Of a DNA stretch of 64,000 nucleotides, positions 1 through 13,405 are shown one piece after another. Position 1 is the first letter of the stretch, and each line of letters begins with the position of its first letter. The translations under genes and the position numbers were made by a program. The notes beneath the pieces were generated by a model. The model was not told the DNA's origin, did no database searches, and saw nothing but the letters and a program-made list of their open reading frames with translations. Source of the DNA: Macrostomum lignano (taxonomy: Eukaryota); contig NIVC01000583.1 in the NCBI GenBank assembly GCA_002269645.1, positions 124,001 through 188,000 of the forward strand, in the 5' to 3' direction.

Positions 1-904
1 ATGCGCCTGGGACCTCAGTGTGTGCCGCACTTGTGCGCCAATGTGTGCCAAGACCCTTTGTGTGCATGGGAATTTTCTCCCTCAGAGGCCACCTTTTTGA
101 CTATGGGTAGCTACAGCTATAGGATCCTAGACCAAATATGGTAAAATAGGTGCCTATGGCAGCTACGGATACACCTACGGTAGCTAGCTGCTCTTATGGC
201 TACCACTATGGAAATATGGTAGTTGCTATCATATTCTATAGATTCCCATATCTATAGTTATTACTATTAAAAAATTGAAAAAATATTAGAAACAGGTAGA
301 ATAAAATAAAGATACTTTTAGTAAACTGTATTATCAACCTAGAAACTTATAAAATATATCTAAAAAAGTACAATAAAACACTAGAAAACTCTAATTTTAA
401 TTAATATGAAAAAGTTTAGCGTTAGTACTTTCAGTAATGATTAAGTTTTGTTGCTCTGAAAAAAGACAAAATATAATCTTACAAGGGCAATCAAGTGTTT
501 CTTTTATTTTCTAACTTAATTTACAGTTGTTTAAGCACTAGGTTATCTTCTTGATTTTAAATATTTTATTTTCTAGACTTTTTATTAAAACTACAGCTAC
601 AGCTACAGGAACTACAGGAATATGGTAATTTTGGGGTCCCTACAACTACAGAACACGGAGAATTGGAATAAGCCATAGTTTTGCTTATGGCTACGGCTAC
701 AGTACATGGACCCTCCTTACGGCAGAACATTAATGCACAGTTAGGCCTAGTATACATTAGGGAATATACTAGCAATCTAATGCAGCCCCCCTTTGGGGCA
801 CCCAATAGGCAAAGAGCAAAAATATTTCATGGAAAACAATTAGAAAAGCATTTTTTCTTTAGAACCAATTCCTTTTTCACTTTTAAAAATCACTTTATTT
901 ATAT

Positions 905-1348
905 AAGTCAGTACCAGTCTCTATTAAAGTTAACAATATAGTTATGCAATATAAATAAATATTGTGTTATGCTTCCACACTGCATTTTTAATGCAGTGAT
1001 GCAATTCAATTCAGTATCAAAATTTAGCCAGTATACACCAACAATAAATAAATGTCTATTGTCATGCAATCTATTTTAGAATCAGAATTCAACCAGTCAG
1101 TTTTTTCTCTAGCATTCTTACAATGCTTTTCAAGTCAAAAGAGCTACTTGACCTTTGCAAAAAAAGCATGTTTTTCAAATATTTAATCCCTTTAGCATTT
1201 CTTAGCCACATTGTATATACCATCATAGAAAAAAATTCTGATCAAACAGTGAAAGTTCAAACAAGATTGGTTGTGCCGTTTGCTAAAATCAATCACATAT
1301 TTAGATATCTAGATAAATAGATACTGACAGACCATTTTTAGTATATGG
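905..1348 (+). mobile_element. Dispersed repeat, non-autonomous Helitron/HINE-like, copy 1
   Basis: Colinear with 29045-29485 (shared aagtcagtaccagtctctattaaa, gaatcagaattcaaccagtcag, atttttagtatat). Confidence 0.6.
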
Positions 1349-1489
1349 ATTCAAGCATACAAATATTAGAGATTTAGTATATTTAGATAGACTAGCCAAT
1401 TCCAACCCCCATTGGGGCTTTCTATCCAAACTCCAATCACAGTTTTTTCATGCAATAAAATTTACCCAATTAAATCCTCTATCTATAAA

Positions 1490-3090
1490 ATCCCCAGTGT
1501 AAAGAATCTCACATGCAAAGAATCTCCCATCCAAAGAACCCCTCATCAATAGAATCCCCAATCCAAAGAATTCCCTAGATCCATTCCCATCTTAAGAATT
1601 CCCCATCAAACGAATTGCCCATATATTAGAAGCATTCCTCACCCAAGGAATCATTAATCCATAGAATTCCCCACCAAGACTTAACATCTCAGAAATTCCC
1701 CAAGCCTTGACACCTCAGAAATTCCCTCCAAGCATTGCCATCTCAGCAATTCCAGTGCAAAACTTGGCATCCTACCAAATACTCCCTATCCAAAGCCTTG
1801 ACATCTCAGTAATTCCCCTCCCCAAGCCTTCACATCTCAGTAATTCCCCTCTCCAAGCCTTGACATCTTAGTAATCCCTCCCCAAGACTTGGCATCTCAG
1901 AAATCTCCCTTAAGCCTTGAAATCTCAGCAATTCCCTCCCCCAAGCCTTGACATCTCAGAAATTCCCTACAAGCTTTGACATCTCAGCGATTTGGGCCCA
2001 AGCCTTGATATATCAGAAATTCCCCCCTAGTAAGCTTTTATATCTCAATAATTCTAGTCTTGACATCTTAGTAATTTCTTCCTGTCTAAAGCCTTGACCT
2101 CTCAGCGATTCTCCTCAAGCCTTGACATCTTAGTAATTCCCCTCCCCAAGCCTTGACATCTCAAAAATCCCCTTAAGCCTTGACATCTCAGAAATTTCAT
2201 CTTATGCCTTGATATCTTAGCAATTCCCTCTTGAGCCTTGACATCTCAGCAATTTCCTCTTAAGCCTTCACATCTTGAATTCTTCTGAGCAAGCATCCTC
2301 CAAGAGCAAGGGTCCTTCCAATAGCAAGCATCCCCTGATAGAAAGTACCCCTAGCAAGATAGTGAAACAAATTCCTCAGCTAGTACAATAATTACATACT
2401 TATCTAGTGCAATAATCCTTTTCAAATTTCAAGTTTTAATTTAAAAAGTTGAATATACTCATACCATATGAATGCTCATAGCTTCTTAGCATAGCCATGA
2501 CATTTTAAAAGTCCCCCCACAAGCCTTGACATCTCAGAAATTACTCCCATAAGCTTTGACATCCTAGAAATTCTCCCCAAGAGTTGCAGCACAGTTTCAT
2601 GTGATGTTTTATTATGTTATACATTACTCTTTTTACTTGTTCACATGACACTTCTTTTTTGTCTGACATGAGGCTTTGTTCACTTTTTTACATGATGCTT
2701 CTTCTTTTTTACCTGATTTACCTGATTTTTCTGCCACCCTGCTTCCCCCCCTGCTCTGCCCTCCTGCTCTGCCACCCTGAGAATCCTCATCCAAGAATCC
2801 CCCATCCATAGAATCCCTGATGCAAAGAATCCCCATCCAAAGGACCCCTATCAATAAAATCCCCTATCCAAAGGATTCCCCATTCAAAGAATCCCCCTAC
2901 AGTATCTGAAGAATTCCCCATCTAATAAATCGCCCATCCACAAAATCTCCTATCCAAAGAATCCCCATCCAAATAATCCCTCATCCAAAGAATCCCCCAT
3001 CTATCCCTATCCAAAAAAATCCCCCTCTAAAGAATCCCTATCTAAATAATCCCATATATAAAATATCACATTATCGAAAGAATCCATCTA
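1490..3090. repeat. Degenerate tandem repeats (aaagaatccccatcc ~15 bp; aagccttgacatctcagaaattcccc ~27 bp)
   Basis: Recurring motifs at 1490-1680, 1680-2280, 2515-2580 and 2780-3090. Confidence 0.8.
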
Positions 3091-4153
3091 AAGAATTGAA
3101 ATGTCAAGTCTTGGGGGGGGGGTGATGCTATATAAATCTAGGTTTCTTTGGGAATATATTAAACCCTACTTTTATTTATCAGTTCTATACTAAATTAATA
3201 TTAAATATTTAATCCAAGGTTTCTAAGAATGCTATTATTTGAGAAAAATGTTACTTTATTAAATATAAAACAATTTTGTGCATTGTTGGTAGGCTATAGC
3301 ATAGTGTTAGCTTAAAATATATTCACATCCTAGAATACTATCTATCTAAGTGGTATATACTACTGTCCTATTATAATAGTGGTTCTACTATTATAGGCAA
3401 TAGTCATAGGCAAAACTTTTTTCAAAACTACTATTGGAACTATTTTTCTATAGTTAGTTATAAAAGCATTTTTAATAGAACTTTTTGTTCTTATATGCTC
3501 ATAGTAATATTATAGCCTAAAATTGTGATTGCTAATACCTATCACATTTTTAACTATGGCAGCTGTAGTACATTTATTCTATAGTTATAGTCTATAATAT
3601 GGTAAAACTATAGTATATGACCTTTCATGTACTACCTATATGTAATAATCTACTAAATGTGATGACTTTCTAATTTTAAGCATTACCTGCAATCAGTGGG
3701 TCATGGGACTGAAGTTTGGAATATTCCCCAATCCCCTATCTTAGAGAGTTTTTCCTTTATTTTTTAATATTCTTTTTCAATTCCTCATAGATAATTGGAG
3801 CTGTAGGCCTTTCAGATATAATTTAGTTTTAGTTTTAAGTTTTAACTATTTAAATGAAGAAACAGCAGCACTGTTTATTTGCTAAACAGAACTTGTTCAT
3901 ATATAAGGCCACGAAAATTTGAGTTGCTCAAGTTAAACAAATTTTTGCCAAGCAAGCTCAGAAGTCCTATAAATACTGTCACCATTGCAGACTCGAAGGT
4001 TCAAAATTTATGTAGCTTGTTGTTTGGCTTCTTTATATGGAAGCTAGAACGTGTCTGTAAATCTATATTTATACTAGAACAGTGCAGTACTCAGCTAGAT
4101 CTCTATAAGCCTTTGTCTCCTAATCCATGTCCTTTCGCCCCTCGCACCGACAG

Positions 4154-4285
4154 TCTCGGGACAAAATGGTTCGGGGCGAGCGTCGCGGCTGCGTGAAGCT
4201 TCGCGGCGCCCTAATCGGCATTGACGACGAGGATGACAGCACTTTTACTATTACTACTCAGGACAGAAAGGTGTTCCACTTTCAG
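4154..4285 (+). CDS. OSBPL9: OSBPL9/ORP9-like, internal exon (PH domain middle); the upstream exon is not found in the window
   Basis: cag|TCT..CAG|gtgag boundaries; translates [44 protein letters not shown], recognisable as the ORP9 PH segment ([30 protein letters not shown]). Not shown in the ORF track. Confidence 0.92.
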
Positions 4286-4464
4286 GTGAGAGTGCATCAA
4301 TGACAAGTAGAGCTGGAACGCATATCCGGTGCTTGGTTTCGCATATAATCGAATCTGATACTTAGATAATTGCTGGACGGATGTGTGCACCCTGACACAA
4401 TGCGCATTGCACATTGAAGAAAAAGAGTGCTTTTTCACGATTAGAAATTTCCTCTCTTCTAAAA

Positions 4465-4654
4465 CAAAAGCCCCAGTCATGTAATAACAGTCTCGCATGG
4501 CGAGGTGCAAAGCATATGGGGCTTTACATGTATTTGAGAGCTGTTAGAACATGCACCTTGGATTAAATTTGTCTGTCTGTCCATCTGTCTGTGTGTCTGT
4601 CTGTCCGTCTGTCTGTCTGTCTGTCTGTCCATCTGTCTGTGTGTCTGTCTGTCC

Positions 4655-4685
<31 letters not shown>

Positions 4686-4727
4686 CATCTGTCTGTGTGT
4701 CTGTCTGTCCGTCTGTCTGTTTGTCTA

Positions 4728-4809
<82 letters not shown>

Positions 4810-4851
4810 CATCTGTCTGTGTGTCTGTCTGTCCGTCTGTCTGTTTGTCTA

Positions 4852-4922
<71 letters not shown>

Positions 4923-4975
4923 TAGTGTTTGTCTGTCTATCTGTCTATCTGTCTGTCGGCGTCTGTCTGTCTTTC
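4465..4975 (+). mobile_element. HINE/DINE-1-like 5' structure followed by an expanded (GTCT)n
   Basis: Inverted pair aaagcccca (4467-4475) and tggggcttt (4517-4525) enclosing hairpin ctcgc-atg-gcgag, then about 400 bp of (GTCT)n from 4568. Confidence 0.4.
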
Positions 4976-5600
4976 AATTTAAATTAATCGCCACCCCTTT
5001 TCACCTTGAAACAAGCGCAGTAGTAATTAGGCTGCAGAATTTGTGTCAAACAATTACTACTGCTAATATTCGCATATAATTTATGGCCCTGTCTGTGTAA
5101 TGCCGCAGTGACTTTTCCACCCCTCGCCCTTCTTCGCGCCTGCAAGCTGCAATCGCGCTGTCTCCTATCTGTTGCCTTCTGTTTTCTTGCCGCCATTGGT
5201 GCACAGGGCGCGGGTCTGTGTATGCCTCTGCAGGTCCGCATTGGCAGTGCTGGTCTGCATGCAGCTCTCTCTCTCTTTGGATCTCTCTATCTCTCTCTAT
5301 CTTCGAGAATTTTATTCTGTGCTTGTTCTCGCCCTGGGGCCAAAGTTAATGGGAGTTTTATACATAAATATATGCAAATTTCATTCCCATGCTCCTTTTC
5401 TCCATTGAATGTTCGGCTAGTGTAGGCTTAGCAGTTTTTTTAACGATAAAGTTCTGTGTGTAAGTTCTGAGACAGAGTATATTTTGATATATAAACAAAA
5501 TATTTTTTTTATTTCGAGCTACTTTGATGAGTTGCGGAGTTTATCGGTGGGATCTAATGTTGGATCATAGTGATATCCTATATCATAGAATCTATGCCAT

Positions 5601-6406
5601 TTAGTGGAATCCTGAGGTTTATTAGTGGGACCCTGAGGTTCATTAGTGGGATCCTGAGGTTCATTAGTAGGATCCTGAGGTTCATTAGTGGGATCCTGAG
5701 GTTCATTAGTGGGATCTTGAGGTTCATTTGTGGGATCCTGAGGTTCATTAGTGGGATCCTGATGTTCATTAGTGGGATCCTGAGGTTCATTAGTAGGATC
5801 CTGAGGTCCATTAGTGGGATCCTGAGGTTCATTTGTGGGATCCTGAGGTTCATTTATGGGATCCTGAGGTTCATTAGTGGGATGCTGAGGTTCATTTGTG
5901 AGATCCTGAGGTTCATTAGTGAGATCCTGAGATTCATTAGTGAGATCCTGAGGTTCATTAGTGAGATCCTGAGGTTCATTTGTGGGATCCCAGGGTTCAT
6001 TTGTGAGATCCTGAGGTTCATTTGTGGGATCCCAGGGTTCATTTGTGAGATCCTGAGGTTCATTTGTGGGATCCTGAGGTTCATTTGTGAGATCCTGAGG
6101 TTCATTTGTGGGATCCCAGGGTTCATTTGTGAGATCCTGAGGTTCATTAGTGGGATCCTGGGGTTCATTTGTGAGATCGAGGTTTATTAGTGGGAACCTG
6201 AGGTTCATTTGTGAGATCCTGAGATTCATTTGTGAGATCCTGAGGTTCATTAGTGGGATCCCGGGGTTCATTAGTGGGATCCTGAGGTTCATTAGTAGGA
6301 TCCTGAGGTTCATTTGTGGGATCCTGAGGTTCATTTGTGGGGTCCTGAGGTTCATTTGTGAAATCCTGAGGTTCATTAGTGGGATCCTGAGGTTCATTAG
6401 TGGCAT
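5601..6406. repeat. 21-bp minisatellite (gatcctgaggttcattagtgg)
   Basis: Tandem copies visible; ORF-track translations repeat every 7 aa. Confidence 0.95.
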
Positions 6407-6557
6407 CTGAAGGCTATTGAAGGATTGTAATTAGTGATTTATTTTTGACATCAAAAATTTCTAACGATTCGAAAGCAAATGTTTTTTATTTCTACTTGTA
6501 CTCACTTAATAAGTAGTACAATTCGCACATGCTCTGATGAAATAATTTTTTATTCAG

Positions 6558-6998
6558 GCCCGCGACGCTGATCAGCGGCAGCGCTGGTTAGACGCCTTGG
6601 AGGAGACGCTGAATCTTCACTTCGATCATCACCTGCCGCCCAGGGGCGGCTCCCGCCGGCATCATCATCATAATCGGAGCTTGCAGCAGCAGCAACAGGG
6701 ACAGAAGCAGTTGCGTAATCAGAGCCAGCAGCAGCAAAGCCAATTGCAGAAGCAACGCCTGGAGCTCGAGCAGCAACAGCGACTGGACGCTGTCGGCTCG
6801 TTCGACAAACGGCTGGCTGAGAGCGACGCCTACCTTCAGCTGCTAATCGAACAGGAGCGCCAACTGACGTCCCGGGTTCGAGGTCTGACTGACGCCGATT
6901 CGACTGAGAGAGATCGGGCCAATCAGATTGTTGACAGCCTGCGGCAGGTGATCGAATTGATCAAGCAGGTCATTGTGGCGCTGCAGATGAGCAAACAG
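6558..6998 (+). CDS. OSBPL9: OSBPL9-like exon (PH domain end, His/Gln-rich linker, coiled coil)
   Basis: ttcag|GCC..CAG|gtgagt, phase 0/0; ARDADQRQRWLDALEETL completes the PH domain; FDKRLAESDAYLQLLIEQ resembles the ORP9 coiled coil. Confidence 0.9.
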
Positions 6999-7064
6999 GT
7001 GAGTAGTTCTAATATAAATTGCTATGTGAATTTTATTGACATCCAAGTGATTAGGTAATATTTC

Positions 7065-7176
7065 TGAGTTGGAAATGGAGCCACTAAACCGGGAATGGGA
7101 TCTTTGAGTTGGAAATGGGATCTCTGAGTTGGAAATGGGATCTCTGAGTTGGAAATGGGATCTCTGAGTTGGAAAT
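7065..7176. repeat. 20-bp minisatellite (gagttggaaatgggatctct)
   Basis: About 5 copies in an OSBPL9 intron. Confidence 0.85.
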
Positions 7177-7315
7177 CCATATACTAAAAATGGTTTGTCT
7201 CTACGTAGGTATGTGTGTGATCGATTTCAGAAAAATGGCTCAACCGATTAGAAATTCGATTTTCAAAATGTAAATGGGATTTAAAAAAACGCTCACCTGC
7301 CCGCGCTCACTCCAG

Positions 7316-7601
7316 GATCTCATCAGCCCGCTGTACTCTGGCGCCCACCAGCTGGCCGTGCCCTCGGGCCTGGTCCCGCCGTCCGACGCCCTGATAGAGG
7401 GCGAGTCCATCTTCTACGATCACCACGCAACGTCCGTGTCGGATTCTTCTGTCACAGCTGCCGGAGCTGCCGCAGCGACGGCCACTTCGCCAATGCAGGC
7501 GGCGTCAGCTGCTAATCTGGTTGACTTCGCCTCGCGTCAGGTCGCCGCTGCAGCCGCCGCTGCCGCCGCTGCTGGCGGTGCAACCTCCGTTGTGACGTCC
7601 G
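7316..7601 (+). CDS. OSBPL9: OSBPL9-like low-complexity linker exon
   Basis: ccag|GAT..G|gtgagt, phase 0 in and phase 1 out, matching both neighbours; GC-rich and Ala-rich, weak conservation. Confidence 0.7.
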
Positions 7602-7713
7602 GTGAGTCAATGCCTCTTACTATTTTTTATAAAAAGCCGAAATATCCTAACTGACCTACTGTCAGTAGCCAAGCAGCGAATTTTACTGTCTTTTTTTGAA
7701 ATTTTCATTCAAG

Positions 7714-8301
7714 ATGCCCAACCGCAGCGGCGCTCCTCCGACTCCGGCGCCACTTCGTCATCCGCCGCTGCGGTTGCCGCCGCAGCTGCCGCGGCTGCCG
7801 CCTCCAATGCGTTGATTCCGGCAACCAGTTTCTCCAGCGACGAGGACGACGGTGACGACGACGAATTCTACGACGCCGAGGAGGGCGCCGCGGCCGCCGC
7901 TGCCGACGGTTCAAACAGCGCCGGCTCCGGGTCCGTCTTCGTTCCGGAGGTGATCGGCTCTGATGACGACTGCAACTACGACGAACTGTACGACGACATG
8001 AACGAGTCCAACCTGGGCAACCTGGACGACGGCGAGCACGGCTCGGTGATTGGCCACCTGATCTCGCAGGTTCGCATCGGGATGGACCTGACTAAAATTG
8101 TGCTGCCAACTTTTATTTTGGAGCGGCGCAGCACCCTGGAAATGTACGCCGACTTTCTGGCCCACCCGGACCTGTGGTCGGACATACCGAATCACTCGCA
8201 CCCGCGGGACCGCATGATCGCCTGCCTGAAGTGGTACCTCAGCGCTTTCCACGCCGGCAGGCGGTCGGCCGTGGCTAAGAAACCGTATAATCCGATCCTG
8301 G
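7714..8301 (+). CDS. OSBPL9: OSBPL9-like exon (FFAT motif and start of the OSBP-related domain)
   Basis: aag|AT..G|gtgag, phase 1/1; contains FFAT-like EFYDAEE and [35 protein letters not shown]. Confidence 0.95.
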
Positions 8302-8465
8302 GTGAGCGCTTGCTAGTGGGGCTTGGTGGGGTCGAGCTGGGAATAGACAACTGGATTATTAGTTAGCTAGAAAGATGAGACAGATCTGAGTGTAATAGTC
8401 TTTACTTCAGTGTAATAATACACTTCTAGTCTCCTCTAGAGAGATTTAAGTGAGTAATTTTACGG

Positions 8466-8832
8466 TAAGATCAGAGTGAGATAGGATCAACATGGTATGA
8501 GATAAGATCTGCATGATATGAGATAAGATCAGAATGATATGAGATAAGATCAGAATGATATGGGATAAGATCAGAATGATATGAGATAAGATCAGAATGA
8601 TATGAGATAAGATCAGAATGATATGAGATAAGATCAGAATGATATGAGATAAGATCAGAATGATATGAGATAAGATCAGAATGATATGAGATAAGATCAG
8701 AATGATTTGAGATAAGATCAGCATGATATGAGATAAGATCAGCATGATATGAGATAAGATCAGAATGATTTGAGATAAGATCAGCATGATATGAGATAAG
8801 ATCAGCATGATATGAGATAAGATCAGCATGAT
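8466..8832. repeat. 21-bp minisatellite (gagataagatcagaatgatat)
   Basis: Tandem copies in an OSBPL9 intron. Confidence 0.95.
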
Positions 8833-8885
8833 GTAAGATCTAATCTGAGTCTGAGTTGATTCTCATCGCAAATGTTTAATTCCAG

Positions 8886-9424
8886 GGGAAATCTTCCAAT
8901 GCTACTGGGACACGGCCTCTGCCAAACGGCAGCAAAAAAGGCGACAGCAGCAACAGCAGCAGCAGCAACAAAACAGCCAGGAGCAGCAAGCAGAAGAGCA
9001 GCAGCAGCAGTCAAACGGTGCGGCAGCCTCCGCGGCATCGAACGGCCCAGTGCCGTGGGCGCCGCCGGACTCCGTCACCTTCCTGGCAGAGCAGGTGTCG
9101 CACCATCCGCCTATCAGTGCATTCTACGCCGAGTGCGCCTCCCAGCGCGTGATGCTGGACGGCTACATCTGGACTAAGAGTAAATTTCTAGGCCTATCAA
9201 TAGCCGTGCAAATGGTTGGCCAGGCTGTTATCTCCCTGTTAGACTATGACGAAGAGTACATTGTGACCTTTCCGTCCGGCTACGGCCGGTCTATACTCAC
9301 TGTGCCCTGGATTGAACTGGTCGGCAAGTGCCGCATCGAGTGCCCGCGGACTGGCTACTCCGCTAGCGTTGACTTTCTGGCTAAACCTTTCTATGGTGGC
9401 AAGAAGGACAAGGTGCTGTCGCAG
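8886..9424 (+). CDS. OSBPL9: OSBPL9-like exon (ORD core)
   Basis: ccag|GG GAA ATC TTC CAA TGC (GEIFQC), poly-Q insert, then the OSBP signature EQVSHHPP and GRSILTVPWIEL; ends CAG|gtaag. Confidence 0.96.
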
Positions 9425-9464
9425 GTAAGGGGTCTCGGATTACTGTCATGTCCTTTCCATTTGT

Positions 9465-9928
9465 TTCTTTCAGCTTCCATCTGTTTCTTTCAGCTTCCAC
9501 CCGTTTCTCAGCTTCCATCCGTTTCTCTCAGCTTCCATCCGATTCTCTCAGCTTCCATCCGTTTCTCTCAGCTTCCACCCGTTTCTCTCAGCTTCCATCC
9601 GTTTCTCTCAGCTTCCACCCGTTTCTCTCAGCTTCCACCCGTTTCTCTCAGCTTCCATTCGTTTCTCTCAGCTTCCACCCGTTTCTCTCAGCTTCAATTC
9701 GATTCTCTCAGCTTCAATTCGTTTCTCTCAGCTTCCATCCGTTTCTCTCAGCTTCCATCCGTTTCTCCCAGCTTCCATTCGTTTCTCTCAGCTTCTATCC
9801 GTTTCTCTCAGCTTCCATCCGTTTGTCTCAGCTTCAATCCGTTTCTTTCAGCTTCCATCCGTTTCTCTCAGCTTCCATCCGTTTCCCTCGGCTTCCATCC
9901 GTTTCTCTCAGCTTCCATCCGTTTCTCC
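9465..9928. repeat. 20-bp minisatellite (tttctctcagcttccatccg)
   Basis: Tandem copies in the last OSBPL9 intron. Confidence 0.95.
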
Positions 9929-9972
9929 CAGAAGCTTCTATCCAAAGCCACACCCAACCAACCCAACCGCAG

Positions 9973-10443
9973 GTGTTCGCGCCAGGCGAGAAGAAGCCAT
10001 TCCTAACCGTGGAAGGGCTCTGGAACGGCCAGATGTACTCTCGCTGGACCAGCTCCGGCCTGGACGCTTCCTCCACCCCGCCGAACTCGAGCGCGTCGCC
10101 TCAGCCGCCGGCGCCGCCGCACCCGCCGCTGGAACAGCAGCAGGTGTTCATCGACACTCAGCACATGCCAGTTATTAAAAAGCGGGTCAGGCCGCGCGCC
10201 GAGCAGGCGCCAAACGAGAGCCGCCGACTGTGGGAGGGCGTCACTCGCAGTCTGAAAACTGGCGACATTCCATCAGCCACTGAGTTCAAATCCCGTCTGG
10301 AGCAGGAGCAGCGGGACGCCGCCAAGGCCAGGCTAGAGCGGGGAGAGAGATGGCGCCAGCGGCATTTTAGAGAAGTTGGCGAGCACTGGGTTTATCACAG
10401 CCCGCTCAGCAGGCGCCTGTCAGTGTCGGCTGGCAATCTATAG
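9973..10443 (+). CDS. OSBPL9: OSBPL9-like terminal exon
   Basis: gcag|GTG phase 0; VFAPGEKKPFLTVEGLWNG..ESRRLWEGVT..HWVYHSPLSRRL matches the ORP9 C-terminus; TAG at 10441-10443. Confidence 0.93.
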   Translation: MFAPGEKKPFLTVEGLWNGQMYSRWTSSGLDASSTPPNSSASPQPPAPPHPPLEQQQVFIDTQHMPVIKKRVRPRAEQAPNESRRLWEGVTRSLKTGDIPSATEFKSRLEQEQRDAAKARLERGERWRQRHFREVGEHWVYHSPLSRRLSVSAGNL

Positions 10444-10663
10444 CTAATCTGTAGCTAATCTGTAGCTAATCTATAGCTAATCTGTAGCTAATCTATAGCT
10501 AATCTATAGCTAATCTATAGCTAATCTATAGCTAATCTGTAGCTAACCTGTAGCTAATCTATAGCTAATCTGTAGCTAATCTATAGCTAATCTATAGCTA
10601 ATCTGTAGCTAATCTATAGCTAATCTATAGCTAATCTGTAGCTAATCTATAGCTAATCTGTAG
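10435..10663. repeat. 11-bp minisatellite (tagctaatct[a/g])
   Basis: About 20 copies starting at the OSBPL9 stop codon. Confidence 0.95.
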
Positions 10664-11830
10664 AATCACCCAATTAACCCAGAAGCTGAATCGCAGTTAT
10701 TGTTAATGTAATTTCCCTATATTTTATCCTGTTCAGCTCTAGCCTATATTCAGTGTAAAATGTTAAATGCCAGCCTAGATGTTTAGTTATTGCTTATTGT
10801 ATTTGCTGTAGGATGGGTAATTTGGTCTCTACCCTATCCCTTACTGGTAATTTTGAATTGTAATCCTTCTTAAAGAACATTAATTTTTATTCCTGAACTG
10901 TTCGCGTGATGCTACTTGTCAGTAGACCGATAAGTTAATAGTATGATGCGAATATTCTTTGATGCTTTTGTTTAGCTTCAAAGTTATATTTTGAAGTAAT
11001 AAACACAGGCGATTACTTCTGGTCAATAATTTGTTTTGTGTGTAAATTTGTTACAATAATGATTATAATATTATAAGTCAATAGTGAGTTGCTATGCTCA
11101 AAAGGATTACATATTTTTGTTGACTAATCTTATAAAAATATCAGTACATTATACTACTTAGTTAGTAAGTAGTTCTAATGCTGCAGTTGCTGATTTTCCA
11201 TACACAGACGAGGCAATATCTATGTGCACATATTCACCAGCACTCAGTAGTATTATTGATGGCCATATCTCTGTTCTGTGACTTTGATTACAGTGTTGCT
11301 TCTATCCTATCATAGCTGTGAATATCCCTTCCCTGCAGTTAGTTCATCAATTTTCTTCAATTATCTAATAACAGACCCGATACACACACAACGCCGCTTT
11401 CAAGGTTATGATGATGCTCTATTGATTGTATTAAAATTATTTATTTTGTTTAGTAATTGTTCTTTTATGTTGTTTATGATATCTGAATATTGACACATAA
11501 TTAACTGCAATAGTACTTTTGATGATTTTCATTGCTTATTAATAAAATTTTGCTTAACAATTGCAGTAAATATCTATCTGGCAAATTTATATATCCTTCT
11601 TTTATCTATTCTGGCCTCTCTTTCATTCTGTGCATGCATCAGACTGTCTCTGCTGCGTGAGTACTGTGCGCGACATATGTGATGGAGAAATGAGTCAATG
11701 GATGATGCTGCTTAATAATAATATATTGATTATTATTAATATTAATATACTGTGACACTGAATCAAACCCATGTCTAATTAATGTAGTTCTGGCTCTTTT
11801 CTTTTTTTAATATCTATGTTATTTGCTGTT

Positions 11831-13272
11831 GATCCCAGCTAACCCCATACAAATCTCAGCTAGTCCCGGACAGATCTCAGCTAGTCCCGGACAGATCCCA
11901 GCTAACCCCATACAAATCTCAGCTAGTCCCGGACAGATCTCAGCTAGTCCCGGACAGATCTCAGCTAGTCCTGTACAGATCTCAGCTAGTCCCGTACAGA
12001 TCTCAGCTAGTCCCGGACAGATCCCAGCTAACCCCATACAAATCTCAGCTAGTCACGGACAGATCTCAGCTAGTCCCGGACAGATCCCAGCTAACCCCAT
12101 ACAAATCTCAGCTAGTCACGGACAGATCTCAGCTAGTCCCGGACAGATCTCAGCTAGTCCCGGACAGATCTCAGCTAGTCCCGTAAAGTCCCGGACAGAT
12201 CTCAGCTAGTCCCAGACAGATCCCAGTTAACCCCATACAAATCTCAGCTAGTCCCGGACAGATCTCAGCTAGTCCCGGACAGATCTCAGCTAGTCACGGA
12301 CAGATCTCAGCTAGTCCCGGACAGATCCCAGCTAACCCCATACAAATCTCAGCTAGTCACGGACAGATCTCAGCTAGTCCCGGACAGATCTCAGCTAGTC
12401 CCGGACAGATCTCAGCTAGTCCCGTAAAGTCCCGGACAGATCTCAGCTAGTCCCAGACAGATCCCAGTTAACCCCATACAAATCTCAGCTAGTCCCGGAC
12501 AGATCTCAGCTAGTCCCGGACAGATCTCAGCTAGTCCCGGACAGATCTCAGCTAGTCCCGTACAGATCTCAGCTAGTCCCAGACAGATCCCAGCTAACCC
12601 CATACAAATCTCAGCTAGTCCCGGACAGATCTCAGCTAGTCCCGGACAGATCTCAGCTAGTCCCGGACAGATCTCAGCTAGTCCCGGACAGATCTCAGCT
12701 AGTCCCGGACAGATCTCAGCTATTCCCGGACAGATCTCAGCTAGTCCCGGCTAGATCTCAGCTATTCCCGGACAGATCTCAGCTAGTCCCGGACAGATCT
12801 CAGCTATTCCTGGACAGATCTCAGCTATTCCCGGACAGATCTCAGCTAGTCCCGGACAGATCTCAGCTATTCCCGGACAGATCTCAGCTATTCCCGGACA
12901 GATCTCAGCTATTCCCGGACAGATCTCAGCTAGTCCCGGACAGATCTCAGCTATTCCTGGACAGATCTCAGCTATTCCCGGACAGATCTCAGCTAGTCCC
13001 GGACAGATCTCAGCTATTCCCGGACAGATCTCAGCTAGTCCCGGACAGATCTCAGCTATTCCCGGACAGATCTCAGCTATTCCCGGACAGATCTCAGCTA
13101 GTCCCGGACAGATCTCAGCTATTCCCGGACAGATCTCAGCTAGTCCCGGACAGATCTCAGCTATTCCCGGACAGATCTCAGCTAGTCCCGGACAGATCTC
13201 AGCTAGTCCCGGACAGATCTCAGCTAGTCCCGGACAGATCTCAGCTAGTCCCGGACAGATCTCAGCTAGTCC
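11831..13272. repeat. 21-bp minisatellite (cagatctcagctagtcccgga) with interspersed variant units
   Basis: About 1.45 kb array between OSBPL9 and CDKAL1. Confidence 0.96.
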
Positions 13273-13405
13273 AGTCCCCAGTCTAAAAGAGTCCAGAGTC
13301 CTTAATTGTTCTTAATGTGGTCCCAAATCAGTTCTTAGTTAGTCCTAAATGTGTCATAATATAGTCCCAAAGTTAATCCTCAATTTCCCAACCCGGGTTT
13401 TGCAG

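Noticed and set aside
5519-6410. TNEPQD repeat protein
   Set aside because: 21-bp intronic minisatellite, open in several frames.
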